A stretch of 64,000 nucleotides of DNA, taken from assembly GCF_001194135.2 (NCBI RefSeq), contig NC_068990.1, forward strand, positions 36,149,353 through 36,213,352, in the 5' to 3' direction. The position numbers and the translations under genes were made by a program. A model generated the notes under the pieces. That model worked only from the letters and a program-made list of their open reading frames with translations, was not told the DNA's origin and made no database searches. Source of the stretch: Octopus bimaculoides. Taxonomy: Eukaryota. Of the stretch, positions 12,668-24,623 are shown piece after piece (position 1 is the stretch's first letter; each line of letters opens with the position of its first letter).

Positions 12668-12815
12668 CTCTGTTTATTTCTTCGCGTTCCTTTCTGTTGA
12701 AGAGCTTAGGCTCGAAACGTAAAAGACTTTCTTACCTTCCCGAGCGTTAAACTAATACACCTGTTTGTTGTTTATACACCTGTCTTCGTCTTATTTTTTC
12801 GTAAATTTCAACTAT
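12668..12815 (+). mobile_element. Second Penelope-like terminal repeat fragment containing a variant hammerhead-like motif (12690-12725)
   Basis: cttt-CTGTTGA-a-gagc(ttag)gctc-GAAAC-GTA-aaag; stems I and II pair and stem III is a palindromic ACGT. The core has A6->U. It abuts an N gap. Confidence 0.5.
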
Positions 12816-13010
12816 ATATACGTGTGTGTGTGTGTATATATATGTATGTATATATATGTATATGTACACGCATACATAGTCATACATGCATATATACACA
12901 CACGCTATGCATATTTTATATCTACATCCTATACGTGTCGCGTGTACATCAATGGTTCTATTAAGAACTGATTTGAGTCATGTACCAATGTTTGTGTGCA
13001 CGTATGTGTG

Positions 13011-13135
<125 letters not shown>

Positions 13136-13729
13136 TTCTTGAATGTTTTCTTTCTATACGGTAAATATTTGTTCGTTAATTTAAGTAGGAAACTTCTCTC
13201 CAAGTAGCAGATACAATGTTCTGGTACTTGAACTGTTTCGTTCGCAATGTAATAATTATGGAGGAGACTATTGAGTGAGTTAGAAATATATAAAAGGGTG
13301 CTTGTGTCAGTGTATGTGTTTATGAGCATGTTCATGTATGTGTGCGCGTGCGAGCGCTGGTGTATGTGTGTATGTATGCACACATACATGTGCACACCCA
13401 ACAAACACACGAATGTGTACTTAGGTGGATGTGTATCATTATATATATATATGTGTGTGTGTGTGTGTGGCGAATGTTTGTAAAGAAACGAAGCAATTAT
13501 AGATGTTGGAACTTGGTCATACATGCCTCCTTTGTATAATGTTTATCTCTATGTAAAGTACGTGTAGATGTATATATATATGTGTGTATGTATGTTTGCA
13601 TGAATGTATATATGTGTGTATATACGTGTGCATGCGTGTATGTATGTATATGAGTGTGAGTGTATGTGCGTACTGAGAGAGAAAGAGAAATGGAGAAATA
13701 TAAATATGCATATGTATAATATATATATA

Positions 13730-13779
<50 letters not shown>

Positions 13780-14115
13780 NNNNNNNNNNNNNNNNNNNNN
13801 NNNNNNNNNNNNNNNNNNNNNNNNNNNNNNNNNNNNNNNNNNNNNNNNNNNNNNNNNNNNNNNNNNNNNNNNNNNNNNNNNNNNNNNNNNNNNNNNNNNN
13901 NNNNNNNNNNNNNNNNNNNNNNNNNNNNNNNNNNNNNNNNNNNNNNNNNNNNNNNNNNNNNNNNNNNNNNNNNNNNNNNNNNNNNNNNNNNNNNNNNNNN
14001 NNNNNNNNNNNNNNNNNNNNNNNNNNNNNNNNNNNNNNNNNNNNNNNNNNNNNNNNNNNNNNNNNNNNNNNNNNNNNNNNNNNNNNNNNNNNNNNNNNNN
14101 NNNNNNNNNNNNNNN

Positions 14116-14146
<31 letters not shown>

Positions 14147-14811
14147 GTGTGTTCGCGCGAGCGCGCGTACGCATACATGCGCACACACAAAATAATACAC
14201 ATGCACGCTCATTCATATGGCTTAGTTCAAGTGTCAGCGTGTATGTGGAGACAGAGCCATGTGTGTGTTTATTTTACGTGTGTTGGAGTAATTATCCGCA
14301 TTTCACTTTTCACAAAAGAGTGGCTTTAAGAATTTTTCTTTTTTTTCTTTTATTTTCTATTTAATAAGTTACTATAAGAGTTTGGTGTAGTTGAAATATT
14401 TGAGAATGGCTTAAGGATCTGCTTCATAATTCTAGGATAATGCATAATTATTCTCTTGTGCGTGTCTCTCTCACACTATCTCGCTGTATGTCTGTCTGTC
14501 TGTCTGTATGTATATAGGGATAGACGGATGCATACATGCATGTATGTACGTAGGTACGTATGCATGTACGTACGTACAAATGTATGTATCTATTGTATTG
14601 ATAGATATGTATGTATGTATGTATTGTATAGATGCATTGTATCAATAGATAAACCCACACAACATACACATGCATGTCTATACATTCATAGGAGTGTATA
14701 TATTCGTAGATTTTGGGAAGAGGTTACTCTCAGACATAAAATCTACATACTAAACATATGCGCTCGCACAGATGTTTTTACTCAACCTCACACACACATA
14801 CACACACACAC

Positions 14812-15160
14812 AGAGGTTGCGATGAGTAAATTGTCGCCATTTTATATTTTTAATTTCGCGCATGTGCATTGTTTGTTTTTGATTTTGTCGACTACACAGT
14901 ATAGCTGAGTCTGTTGGGCATCGCCTGTGGGGAAAACAGCAATAAGACAATTCATCCAGCCAGGAATTTGGAAACGACATGCTGTATTGCTTGCCATTCG
15001 CACTGGGAGCTCCAATACGAACATTTCAAAGTGTTTGGATGTCAATCTGAGGACAGTGCAGAGGATTCGGAAAGAATTGTGTGGGGCGCAGTTGAGGGAG
15101 AGACCAACAAAACTCCTTGTAACACTAAAAATGAACTGAAGGCAAGTTTCAAAATATTGT
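14812..15160 (+). mobile_element. Tc1/mariner 5' fragment (HTH region)
   Basis: KRHAVLLAIRTGSSNTNISKCLDVNLRTVQRIRKEL is a paired-like HTH, downstream of a TIR-like gaggttgcgatgagtaaattgtcgcc. Confidence 0.65.
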
Positions 15161-15424
15161 AGAGAAGATCTACAGTGTTTTTCACTGATGCTGTAAAACT
15201 CAATCAGGGCGGCTTGATGTTACTCATGCTCTGTACAATCCCTTAACTTCTAAACCGAGATTGTTTGATCGTGGTTTTAGTGTTACTAGCTAGAGCAAAA
15301 TAGAGTGACGTAGCTCTCCCATTTACTGCTTACAACTGATTGAAGCGTCGGCAGGTGAAAGTGCTCCAGTTTCTTGATAACTTACTCTTCGCATCTGTAG
15401 AGTAAGGACTACACAACTACATCA

Positions 15425-15905
15425 TATATACAGTTCTATATTTAAGAGATGAGGAATTATGTACATCATCATCATCATCGTCATTTAATGTCCGTTTTCC
15501 ATGCTAGCATGGGTTGGACGATTTGACTGAAGACTGGTGAAACCAGATGGCTACACCAGGCTCCAATCTGATTTGGCAGAGTTTCTACAGCTGGATGCCC
15601 TTCCTAACTCCGAGAGTGTAGTGGGTGCTTTTACGTGCCACCGGCACGAAGGCCAGTAGGCGGTACTGGCAACGGCTACACTCAAAATGGTGTATTTTAT
15701 GTGCCACCTGCACAGGAGCCAGTTCGGCGGCACTGGCAACGATCTCGCTCGAATGTCTTTAATTATTTACAATTGACGGATATATGTCCTCATCTTCTTT
15801 GTTGTTAACACAATGTTTCAGCTGCCTTCATCAGGTGTCTTGGGGAAATTTCGAACCGGGATTCTCATCCCTTAGGTATTTTTCGATGTTATTATTATTA
15901 TAATT
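15425..15905 (-). mobile_element. Hammerhead-family element copy interrupted by an RTE 3'-end insertion
   Basis: The 3' end tacagttctatatttaagagatgaggaattatgtacat is at 15430-15466; the body resumes at about 15760. Degenerate hammerhead at 15807-15839 (stem II loop deleted). Confidence 0.75.
15467..15758 (-). mobile_element. RTE LINE 3'-UTR fragment with (GAT)n tail
   Basis: catcatcatcg..tccgttttccatgctagcatgggttggacg...ggatgcccttcctaac. The same sequence follows an RTE C-terminus at 20760-21095. Other copies lie near 23170, 30020, 37840, 41900, 45500, 49690, 52140 and 62300. Confidence 0.8.
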
Positions 15906-17046
15906 ATTTTTATTATTATTTCTAATAAAGCTAGAACACAATGCATTTAGTGGAGGAGAGAGAGGAGACACACAAGCAGGGGAGAGCAGAGGTATGTGAA
16001 AGTAAAGTTTGCAGCCTGGTGGAAACTAGTGGTGGAATCTTTTAACAAAAATTGTATTCTGTAGGAGAGCAGATTTGTCATGAGAAATTTAAAAAATCGG
16101 AGGTCTGAAACACTTGCACTTATTCTGATGTAGAGAGAACATATAAAAATACGTTGCTAAATTTCCTAAATACATGAAGAATTTTATAAGTCTTTCTATC
16201 TTGTATCGTTTCTTGTAAGTTTCTAAACGTCACAGTATTTCACTCCTTATGGTAAATCAACGTACTGAACTCTTTTATGGATTTGATGAGATTCAATCAT
16301 ATTTCTTAACAAAAAGGAGAAGACCGTTCTAGGCTATTCTAGTCTGCCTGTCCTCAATTACTCCTATCAGACGATAAAAAGAAAGAAACATGAAATAACC
16401 TTCTCCATCTGTCAGCATCATCAATGATATTGGTAGATACTTTCACTGCTCAAGGCAAATCAACTTAGCGAACTTCTATGTGAAATCTTCCCACTTTTAT
16501 ACGTCAAGATAAGAGAGCCAATTTCAAACCGCTGCTACTGCCGTTTCCGAGGGCTAATATTTGAAGCATTCTCACCTATAAACTCTTATTGAAAAGAAAA
16601 CTCTCTGCCAAAATACCTCTCAACAAACCGAACGAAATAGAAACTTTCAATTATATTATGAATGACAAACAATAAATATAATTAGTTACGTCCAACTTAT
16701 CTCATTAACGAACCATCAATGTCTATTTATACATTTATTTATTCTATATGAATATCTTTTCACAAAGGAAATATCTGTTGGCTTTCATTAATATTTTTTT
16801 CAATGTTGTTATTGTAGTTATCAAGGAGCTATTCGCCTTTTTATTTATGTATTTTATTCATTTATTTATTTTATGTTAAGAAATATTTCTAATGATTCCC
16901 ATGATTTCATTCAAAATATTGTTTAGTCTTCGATGGTTGCCATTGTGTTCTCTTGTAATGGTTCATCGAATGCATTTCAATAGTTCGGTTTGTTATAAAT
17001 ATGTGCATATGTTTGTGTGTATTGTTTATATACAATTGTGTTGTGT

Positions 17047-17077
<31 letters not shown>

Positions 17078-17731
17078 TACATACATACATATATATATAT
17101 ATATATGAGAGAGAGAAGAGAAGAGAAAAAGAGAGGGCGGGGTTAGATAGATAATTGATAGTGAAAGGAAAGAAAGGAAAGAGAACTATGTTTCCATATG
17201 AGTGTAAAACTTTGAATTATCTGTGATATTTTTATGGGATCTATAATGTTCTGTTAGAGTTGAGTTGAACCTTTCAGCTATATTGCGATGATGATGGTGA
17301 TGAGAACAAGGAGAATGAGGAGGAGATGCTACAGCAACATTTGGCCAAAAGAACTATACTTGGGATTCATGTACTGCAGAGAAGTATAATAACCCACCTG
17401 TAAGCTCTGATCTGCTATAAGGTTTCGATTCTTGACTGGTACATTTTAATTTTATTTTAGCCTTTGCTAAATCAGGAGGTTGGGCCATGCCCATAGCTTT
17501 TGTTGGCTCTCTGAGGTGGATGAGATCAATGTGGCTAATGGTTTTCTTCATATGAGTAGAGAGGGAATACAGAAGTTCAGGGAAGAAAAGACTGAACACA
17601 GTATAAGTGACAAGAAAAGAGATGAGTGAGGAGGGAGAGCTTAAATGGTGGTGGTACAGAACCAATCAACTCTGAAGACTAGTAGACATTGTTCTTAAGT
17701 TGTTTAAGCTGATTTCACATTTCACATTAAA

Positions 17732-18110
17732 TGTTGTTGTTTTTGGCACTCCGTCGGTTATGACGTCGACGGTTCCAGTTGATCCAATCAACGGAACAGC
17801 CTGCTCATGAAATTAACGTGCAAGTGGCTGAGCACTCCACAGACACGTGTACCCTTAACGTAGTTCTCGGGGATATTCAGCGTGACATAGTGTGACAAGG
17901 CTGACCCTTTGAATTACAGGCACAACAGAAACAGGAAGAGTGAGAGAAAGTTGTAGTGAAAGAGGGTTCGCCACCATCCCCTGCCGGAGCCTTGTGGAGC
18001 TTTAGGTGTTTTCGCTCAATAAATACTCACAACGCCCGGTCTGGGAATCGAAACCGCGATCCTATGACCGCGAGTCCGCTGCCCTAACCACTGGGCCATT
18101 GCACTTCCAC
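17732..18110 (-). mobile_element. tRNA-derived SINE, family C
   Basis: Reverse-strand head aatggcccagtggttagggcagcggactcgcggtcataggatcgcggtttcgattccc (A and B boxes) and (caa)n tail. Near-identical copy at 20345-20732. Confidence 0.9.
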
Positions 18111-18147
18111 ACACATTAAATGTATAATGGCAGTAACATATGACAAA

Positions 18148-18395
18148 TGAATGCTTTTATGGAGACCTGTCAAATTTAGCAAGAAGATCAGGCAAAAGCA
18201 GCTGCGATTATCTGGTCACCTCATGCACCATCCTGAACTGGTAGCATCCAAACTAGTCTGATGGAACCCACTTCATTGTGATGTAAGAAGAGGAAAGCGT
18301 TGTTACACTTACATCGCCAACTTGATTGCAGACACTGGCCTGGAATGTATCCAGGTCTTCAAGGCAGTGATGATAGACTGAGAAGTGAGGAAGGT
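18148..18395 (+). mobile_element. RTE-clade LINE 3' ORF fragment
   Basis: KIRQKQLRLSGHLMHHPELVASKLV*WNP...RRGKRCYTYIANLIADTGL, a typical RTE C-terminus. Confidence 0.7.
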
Positions 18396-18849
18396 AGACT
18401 TTGTTGCAGTAGCTTGGGTTGGAACCTGGCCACTATAACAATAAGACGTTTTATCATTATTTTTATCTCTAAGCCAAGAGCAAAATGCAATATCTATGAA
18501 CCTTTATATAGTTTCCGAGACATTTAAGTGAGAGAGAGGATAGTAATCTCAAACCAGAGACTTGCTTGAATGTTTGCAGCAGAGTTAAATCTTCCACTAA
18601 AGGCATTCAAATGCCAGGTGATGGTTTTAATCCAGTTTACAAATCCAATTTATCTTGCAGAAAGTTCTTCATCATGATTGTTGTTATTGTTGGTTCTTAG
18701 AGTTCATCTTCTGTGGTCAGTCACCAGAAGTATGATATTTTGAGATGTTCTATTTTAAACTTCCTAAGGCAGTGTGTTTCTTAATCTTCAGTTAATCCTA
18801 TTTAAATGGGGATATTTAATTTGTGTATGTATGTATGTATGTATGTATG

Positions 18850-19430
18850 GATTCTTTTCTTTTACTTCAGTCATTTGACTGTGACCATGCTGGAGCACCA
18901 TCTTTAAAGGTTGTTAGTTATAGAAATCAACCCCAGGACTTATTCTTTGTAAGCCTAGAACTTAATCTATCGGTCTCTTTTGTCAAACCACTAAGTTACA
19001 GGGACATAAAAACACCAGCATTGATTGTCAAGCGATGGTAGCAAGGTGTCTGAGTGTGGAGGGGGCGGATCACACACACAGAAATTATCATCATCATCAT
19101 CATCATCATCGTTTAATGTCCACAAATATATATCAGGTCATCCCATAAGTTCAGTCTCTATGCCGAATCGCTAAGTTACAGGGACGTAAACACACCAGCA
19201 TCAGTTGTCAAGTGATGTTGGGGGACAAACACAGACACACAAACATATACACACACATACACATATATATGATGGGCTTCTTTCAGTTTCCGTCTACTAA
19301 ATCCACTCACAAGGCTTTGGTCGGCCCGAGCCTATAGTAGAAGACACTTGCCCAACGTGCCACGTAGTGGGACTGAGCCCGGAACCATTTGGTCCGTAAG
19401 CAAGCTACTTACCGCGCAGCCATTCCTACG

Positions 19431-19432
<2 letters not shown>
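18850..19432 (-). mobile_element. SINE family A, fragmented or duplicated
   Basis: Tail and body at 18850-19040, second body plus head at 19155-19432. Confidence 0.85.
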
Positions 19433-19475
<43 letters not shown>

Positions 19476-19896
19476 ATGTATATGATTTGATGTCATGATA
19501 ATTTACAAACTATTTCAGAACATGAGAAAAGTTTTTTTACTGGATCTCAAAGTACATATAAAGCTAGAAATAACAGCATGTAAATAATGGATTGAAAACT
19601 TTTTTTGCACTGGCACATACATGTGTGTGTGTGTATGTCTTGATAAATTTGTTAATGTGTTGCTAGTTGTTTTCACACTTGTATTGCTACTACTGCTGCT
19701 GTTGCAGGGACTTCTGAGAGTATTGTTTTATCATCGTTATTATCATTGTTTATTTACACCTTCGCCAACCAATTATCTAAATTGCATTTCTTAATGAAAT
19801 CGCAATTTATTCAAATGACAAGCGTCCTACACCTCACAGACACCTGATGTAACAGCCAGATGGCAAAGCACTATATATAATATTTCATAGGCCTAT

Positions 19897-20150
19897 GGGC
19901 ATATGGCATAGTGGTTAAGAGCGCAGGCTACTAACCCCAAGATTCCGAGTTCGATTCCAGGCAGTGACCTCAATAATAATAATAACAATAACAACATCGA
20001 AAAATACTTTAGGAATAGGAACCCAGGTTCGAAATTTCCCCAAGACACCTGATGAAGGCTGGAGAGTACATCAGCTGAAATGTTATGTTAACAACAAACA
20101 AGATGACATATATCCGTCAAATGTAAATAATGTAAATAATTCACTTGTTC
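19897..20150 (+). mobile_element. tRNA-headed hammerhead-bearing element (SINE-like)
   Basis: A box TGGCATAGTGG (19904-19914), B box GTTCGATTCC (19949-19958), (AAT)n linker, then the same body as 7999-8332 with hammerhead remnant gacac-CTGATGA-a-ggctg..cagct-GAAAT-GTT-atgtt (20044-20089). Confidence 0.8.
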
Positions 20151-20344
20151 CTATAATTATAACCTTTGTACTTATTTTTAATAGAGAGAAGGATGAGTGG
20201 CAAAGTGGTCAGCTGAATTGAATGATATTTGGGGTTGTCTTCTGAGGGTGAGAAAAAAATGAAATTATTTTTTAGAGATTGTGTGGTGGATGCTAAAACA
20301 TAAAATTTTAAATAAAATAAGTTACATACATACATACATACGGA

Positions 20345-20732
20345 TGTTGTTGTTGGCACTCCGTCGCTTACGGCGTCGAGGGTTCCAGTTGATTCGATCA
20401 ACGGAACAGCCTGCTCATGAAATTAACGTGCAAGTGGCTGAGCACTCCACAGACACGTGTACCCTTAACGTAGTTCTTGGGGATATTCAGCGTGACACAG
20501 TGTGACAAGGCTGACCTTTTGAATTACAGGCACAACAGAAACAGGAAGTAAGAGTAAGAGAAAGTTGTGGTGGAAGAGTACAGCAGGGTTCGCCACCATA
20601 CCCTGCCGGAGCCTCATGGACCTTTAGGTGTTTTCACTCAATAAACACTCACAACGTCCGGTCTGGGAATTGAAACCGCGATCCTATGACCGCGAGTCCG
20701 CTGCCCTAACCACTGGGCCATTGTGCCTCCAC
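20345..20732 (-). mobile_element. tRNA-derived SINE, family C
   Basis: Highly similar to 17732-18110. Confidence 0.9.
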
Positions 20733-20759
20733 ACATATGGATGTAGACAGTTGCATTCA

Positions 20760-21095
20760 GAAGGGCCAATCACTTAAAGTGGATAGAACTTGAGGAAAAA
20801 GTAGACTCAGGAAGACATGGGACGAAGTACTGAAGGCTGATTGTAAGACATTGAGCCTTACAAAGATGATGACAAAGGACCGAGATATCTGGCACACTGC
20901 TGTACTCAAGAAGACCCATCTGTTACAGTAGAATTGATACTGGTGCAGATGCCCCATTAGCAGCACCCAGTACACTGTGGAGTGGTTGGCATTAGGAAGG
21001 GCATCCAGCCATAGAAACCATGCCAAAGCACTTGGCCTTACCAGCTCTGGTCAATCTGTCAAACCCATGCCAGCATGGAAAACAGGTGATGATGA
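20760..21095 (+). mobile_element. RTE LINE 3' end (ORF C-terminus, 3' UTR, GAT tail)
   Basis: RKTWDEVLKADCKTLSLTKMMTKDRDIW followed by ggagtggttggcattaggaagggcatccagcc and gatgatgat. Confidence 0.75.
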
Positions 21096-21719
21096 TATAT
21101 ATATCTGAGAACACAATGTAGTAGGGAGATACGGTTAAAATTTGTATTATAACATCATAAATTACATTACCTATACACAGGTTTCGATAGCATTTATGAG
21201 AATGTCATGCAGTAATTGTTATATATACACACATAGACACAGATATATATATGTGTGAATAAATATATATTTGCATTTCTAACATAGCTAGATTTGCATA
21301 AATAATCGTATATATTATACACACACACACACTCACATATGTATGTAGTCAATGAATGAAACATGGAAATGTCCCATGAGATAACTTGTAAATATTCAAT
21401 AATTTTCTTTATGTGATATTTAATTCCTGTAGACATAAAATGATAGCACCAGCTAGTTGCTCAGTCATTGCGCACTCCCAATGTTTAAATGACTTGCTTA
21501 GATGAACTAAGATTATATTACCCAGATTCATATATGTCTACATGTTATATAAATTCTGACATGTATTTCATTGCATAAACTGCTACTTCCTCAGTAGATC
21601 GCATTAAAGGTATAGTTCCCTTTCCAACACACTTATTTCTCAATGATAATGAATTCAGATAACCTATAAAGTTATTGTAGTGACAACCTGTTAAGTTGTT
21701 GCACACAGATTTTGATTAA

Positions 21720-21941
21720 CCCTTTCTATACTAACCTGGCTGAAACTGCTTCTGGCTCTGTAGTACAAATGTCTCGTTATCATCAGTTTTGAATTAAAAT
21801 CTTCCACCAAACCTTAGTCACAATTTATGTTCCAAACACTGGCTTAATGATAACTAAGTTATTTTACTAAATTCTTTGTTATATTTCAAATTAATTGAAA
21901 GAAACACAGAGCATCTCAAAATAAATAGAGTAACGAAAGAG
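21720..21941. mobile_element. piggyBac-type MITE
   Basis: TTAA|ccctttc ... gaaagag|TTAA. Confidence 0.65.
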
Positions 21942-24126
21942 TTAAATATCTAACAATTTTTTTNNNNNNNNNNNNNNNNNNNNNNNNNNNNNNNNNNNNN
22001 NNNNNNNNNNNNNNNNNNNNNNNNNNNNNNNNNNNNNNNNNNNNNNNNNNNNNNNNNNNNNNNNNNNNNNNNNNNNNNNNNNNNNNNNNNNNNNNNNNNN
22101 NNNNNNNNNNNNNNNNNNNNNNNNNNNNNNNNNNNNNNNNNNNNNNNNNNNNNNNNNNNNNNNNNNNNNNNNNNNNNNNNNNNNNNNNNNNNNNNNNNNN
22201 NNNNNNNNNNNNNNNNNNNNNNNNNNNNNNNNNNNNNNNNNNNNNNNNNNNNNNNNNNNNNNNNNNNNNNNNNNNNNNNNNNNNNNNNNNNNNNNNNNNN
22301 NNNNNNNNNNNNNNNNNNNNNNNNNNNNNNNNNNNNNNNNNNNNGTAGTATTTACTCTCTCTCTCTCATACACACACTCACACACAAAATAGAGTGAAGC
22401 TTTTTGCCGTTGTTACGTCAATACCGGAAGTTGACATTGAGGAACCTTTTTAAAGAAGTGAATCTTAAATATAAAGTAATATTATTTATTTTTAATTAAA
22501 AAAATCAAATGAAGAGCCTAAGATTTATCCGAGGTCAAATTATTCATGCATGACAAGTATGGAAGCATTTGGTGAAGTCGATTACACACACATCTCTGTT
22601 TTATATATAGTATAGATATAACAATTTTTATCTTTTACTTTTTCCACTCATTGGACAGTGACCATATTGGTGCCCCAGTATGGTCACAGTCCAGTGTGAA
22701 CAGATCAACCCCAGTACTTATTTTTTAAGCCAGGTACTTACTGCATCAGTCTCTTTAGCTGAACCACTAAGTTATGTGAACATAGGCAACCGACACTGAT
22801 TGTTTCTCCCTCTCTCTCTAAATATATTTCAGGAGTTTCCTGGTAGCTTTTTGGAGCACACAAGATGGCAGCACAGCTGGAAGTCGATAGCCAATAGCGA
22901 AGGGAGATAATCCCCAATTGTTACCTTTGAGTAGTGAGGTATTTCCTCCTCCATATGCAGAGTTGAAAAGGTGAGAATTTAGGCTATTTTTAGAATACTA
23001 ACACCACATGTATGAACTGTTTTGGCTGGACTTGTATTTAGTTCAGATGGGCTCCAAAACGCTGCTAATAGCAACCAGAAGAAGTAGAAACATATGTAGG
23101 TGCAGAAATAGAAAGTGATTCACAACGGCTTAGAACTAGATATATAAATCTCAGTTCTTATTATTAATTTATGTGTGTGTATACACATACAAGCAATATA
23201 GCATTACACAATAAACGCCTGGGCCTCTTGGATGCAGAGTGGCTGAATTCCTTTCAAGTGTTGTGCCTCATGGAGGCAATGACCAAGACCTTTGGCATTA
23301 TGTTGTGCTTGAGAAGAAGACCCATCAAGCCTAGCAAAATCACATTTGTGGCAGATACCGGTGCCACGTAAATGGCACTCATGCTGGTGGCACGTAAAAG
23401 CACCCATTACACTCTTGGAGTGGTTGGCATTAGGAAGGGCATTCAGCTGTAGAAAACCATGTCAAATCAGACTGGAGCCTGGCGCAGCCTTCCAGGACGC
23501 CAGCATTGGACAACACACATTAAATGATGATGATGATATATATCTGTATGACAAAAGTGTCTGGCAGACTTGTTGCCACACCAGGCAAAATGTTTAAAAA
23601 CATTTCTCCCTGCACTTTACATTCTGAGTTCAATATTCTGCCAAGATAAGCTTTGCCTTTCATCCCACCTGGGTCAATAAAATAAGTACCAGTCAAGTAC
23701 TAGAATTAATGTAATTGAATTTCCCCCTTCCCTTTCCTGAAATTGCTGGCCTTGTGTCAAAACTGGAAAGAATATGTGACAAAAATACATTCCTGACATA
23801 GAAATTATTTCATCTCTCTAATGATTCTGTCGCTCCATAGAGCTTCCACTGCCGTTAGTACAGATTCATTGTTAAAAGCTTGACTCTTTCGAATTTTCTT
23901 TTACCATTCTTCAAATAATATCTGTTAGTTCCAGTTGGGTTAATTCAGAGGACATTGTGTAAAAATAGTTAATAGAACACAGGGAGTTTATCTTGTATGT
24001 CAGCATATAAAGAGAATGCAAGTGAGAAATATCAAGCAACTTTTTGAAGCAAATGACCAGATTTAGGAAAGAGAGAAAAATAAAAGGAAAAAGAACACGC
24101 AAAACACATCAATTAAAAAACTATAA

Positions 24127-24132
24127 TTTATT
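24127..24132 (-). promoter_or_regulatory. Candidate polyadenylation signal (AATAAA) of the CAAP1-like gene
   Basis: First AATAAA I found on the minus strand downstream of the stop codon, about 490 nt away. The context is AT-rich, so chance occurrence is possible. Confidence 0.25.
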
Positions 24133-24176
24133 TTTTTTCATATAACATGAGTATCTAAAAACATACATACATACAC

Positions 24177-24207
<31 letters not shown>

Positions 24208-24623
24208 TATTAATGTTTGTTTTTATATTCAGCTATAATAAAAACAATTTTACATTAATCTGAAGAGTTACTCTACAATTTTGTAGATACAAATTAATCA
24301 TTCTTAAAGAAGAATGTTCTTGACAATGACTTCAAAGTTACTGACTGAAACTTTGAGGTCACTGTCAATAACATTCTTGTTTAAGAATAATATATATATA
24401 TTTTTATATACACATATGGTGTATATGTATAGACCAATTTACACAGACTCGTATATGCATATGTATGTAAAACTACAGCACTAACGTACACGTATGAATC
24501 ATATTGACCTACACACACATCCACAATTAACATCACGGCAATAAAGAAAGAAAGGGAACAAAGCTACCATGACAACATATATATATATGTATGTATGTGT
24601 GTGTGTGTGACACTTGCCTGATG

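Noticed and set aside
17732-18110. tRNA gene calls for SINE heads (also 19897, 20345, 37420, 62742)
   Set aside because: A and B boxes are present, but there is no complete cloverleaf or acceptor stem, and each continues into multi-copy SINE body sequence.
23810-23980. Protein-like minus-strand fragments (IRKSQAFNNESVLTAVEALWSDRII), vaguely G-alpha or mariner-like
   Set aside because: Too short and broken by stops to assign.
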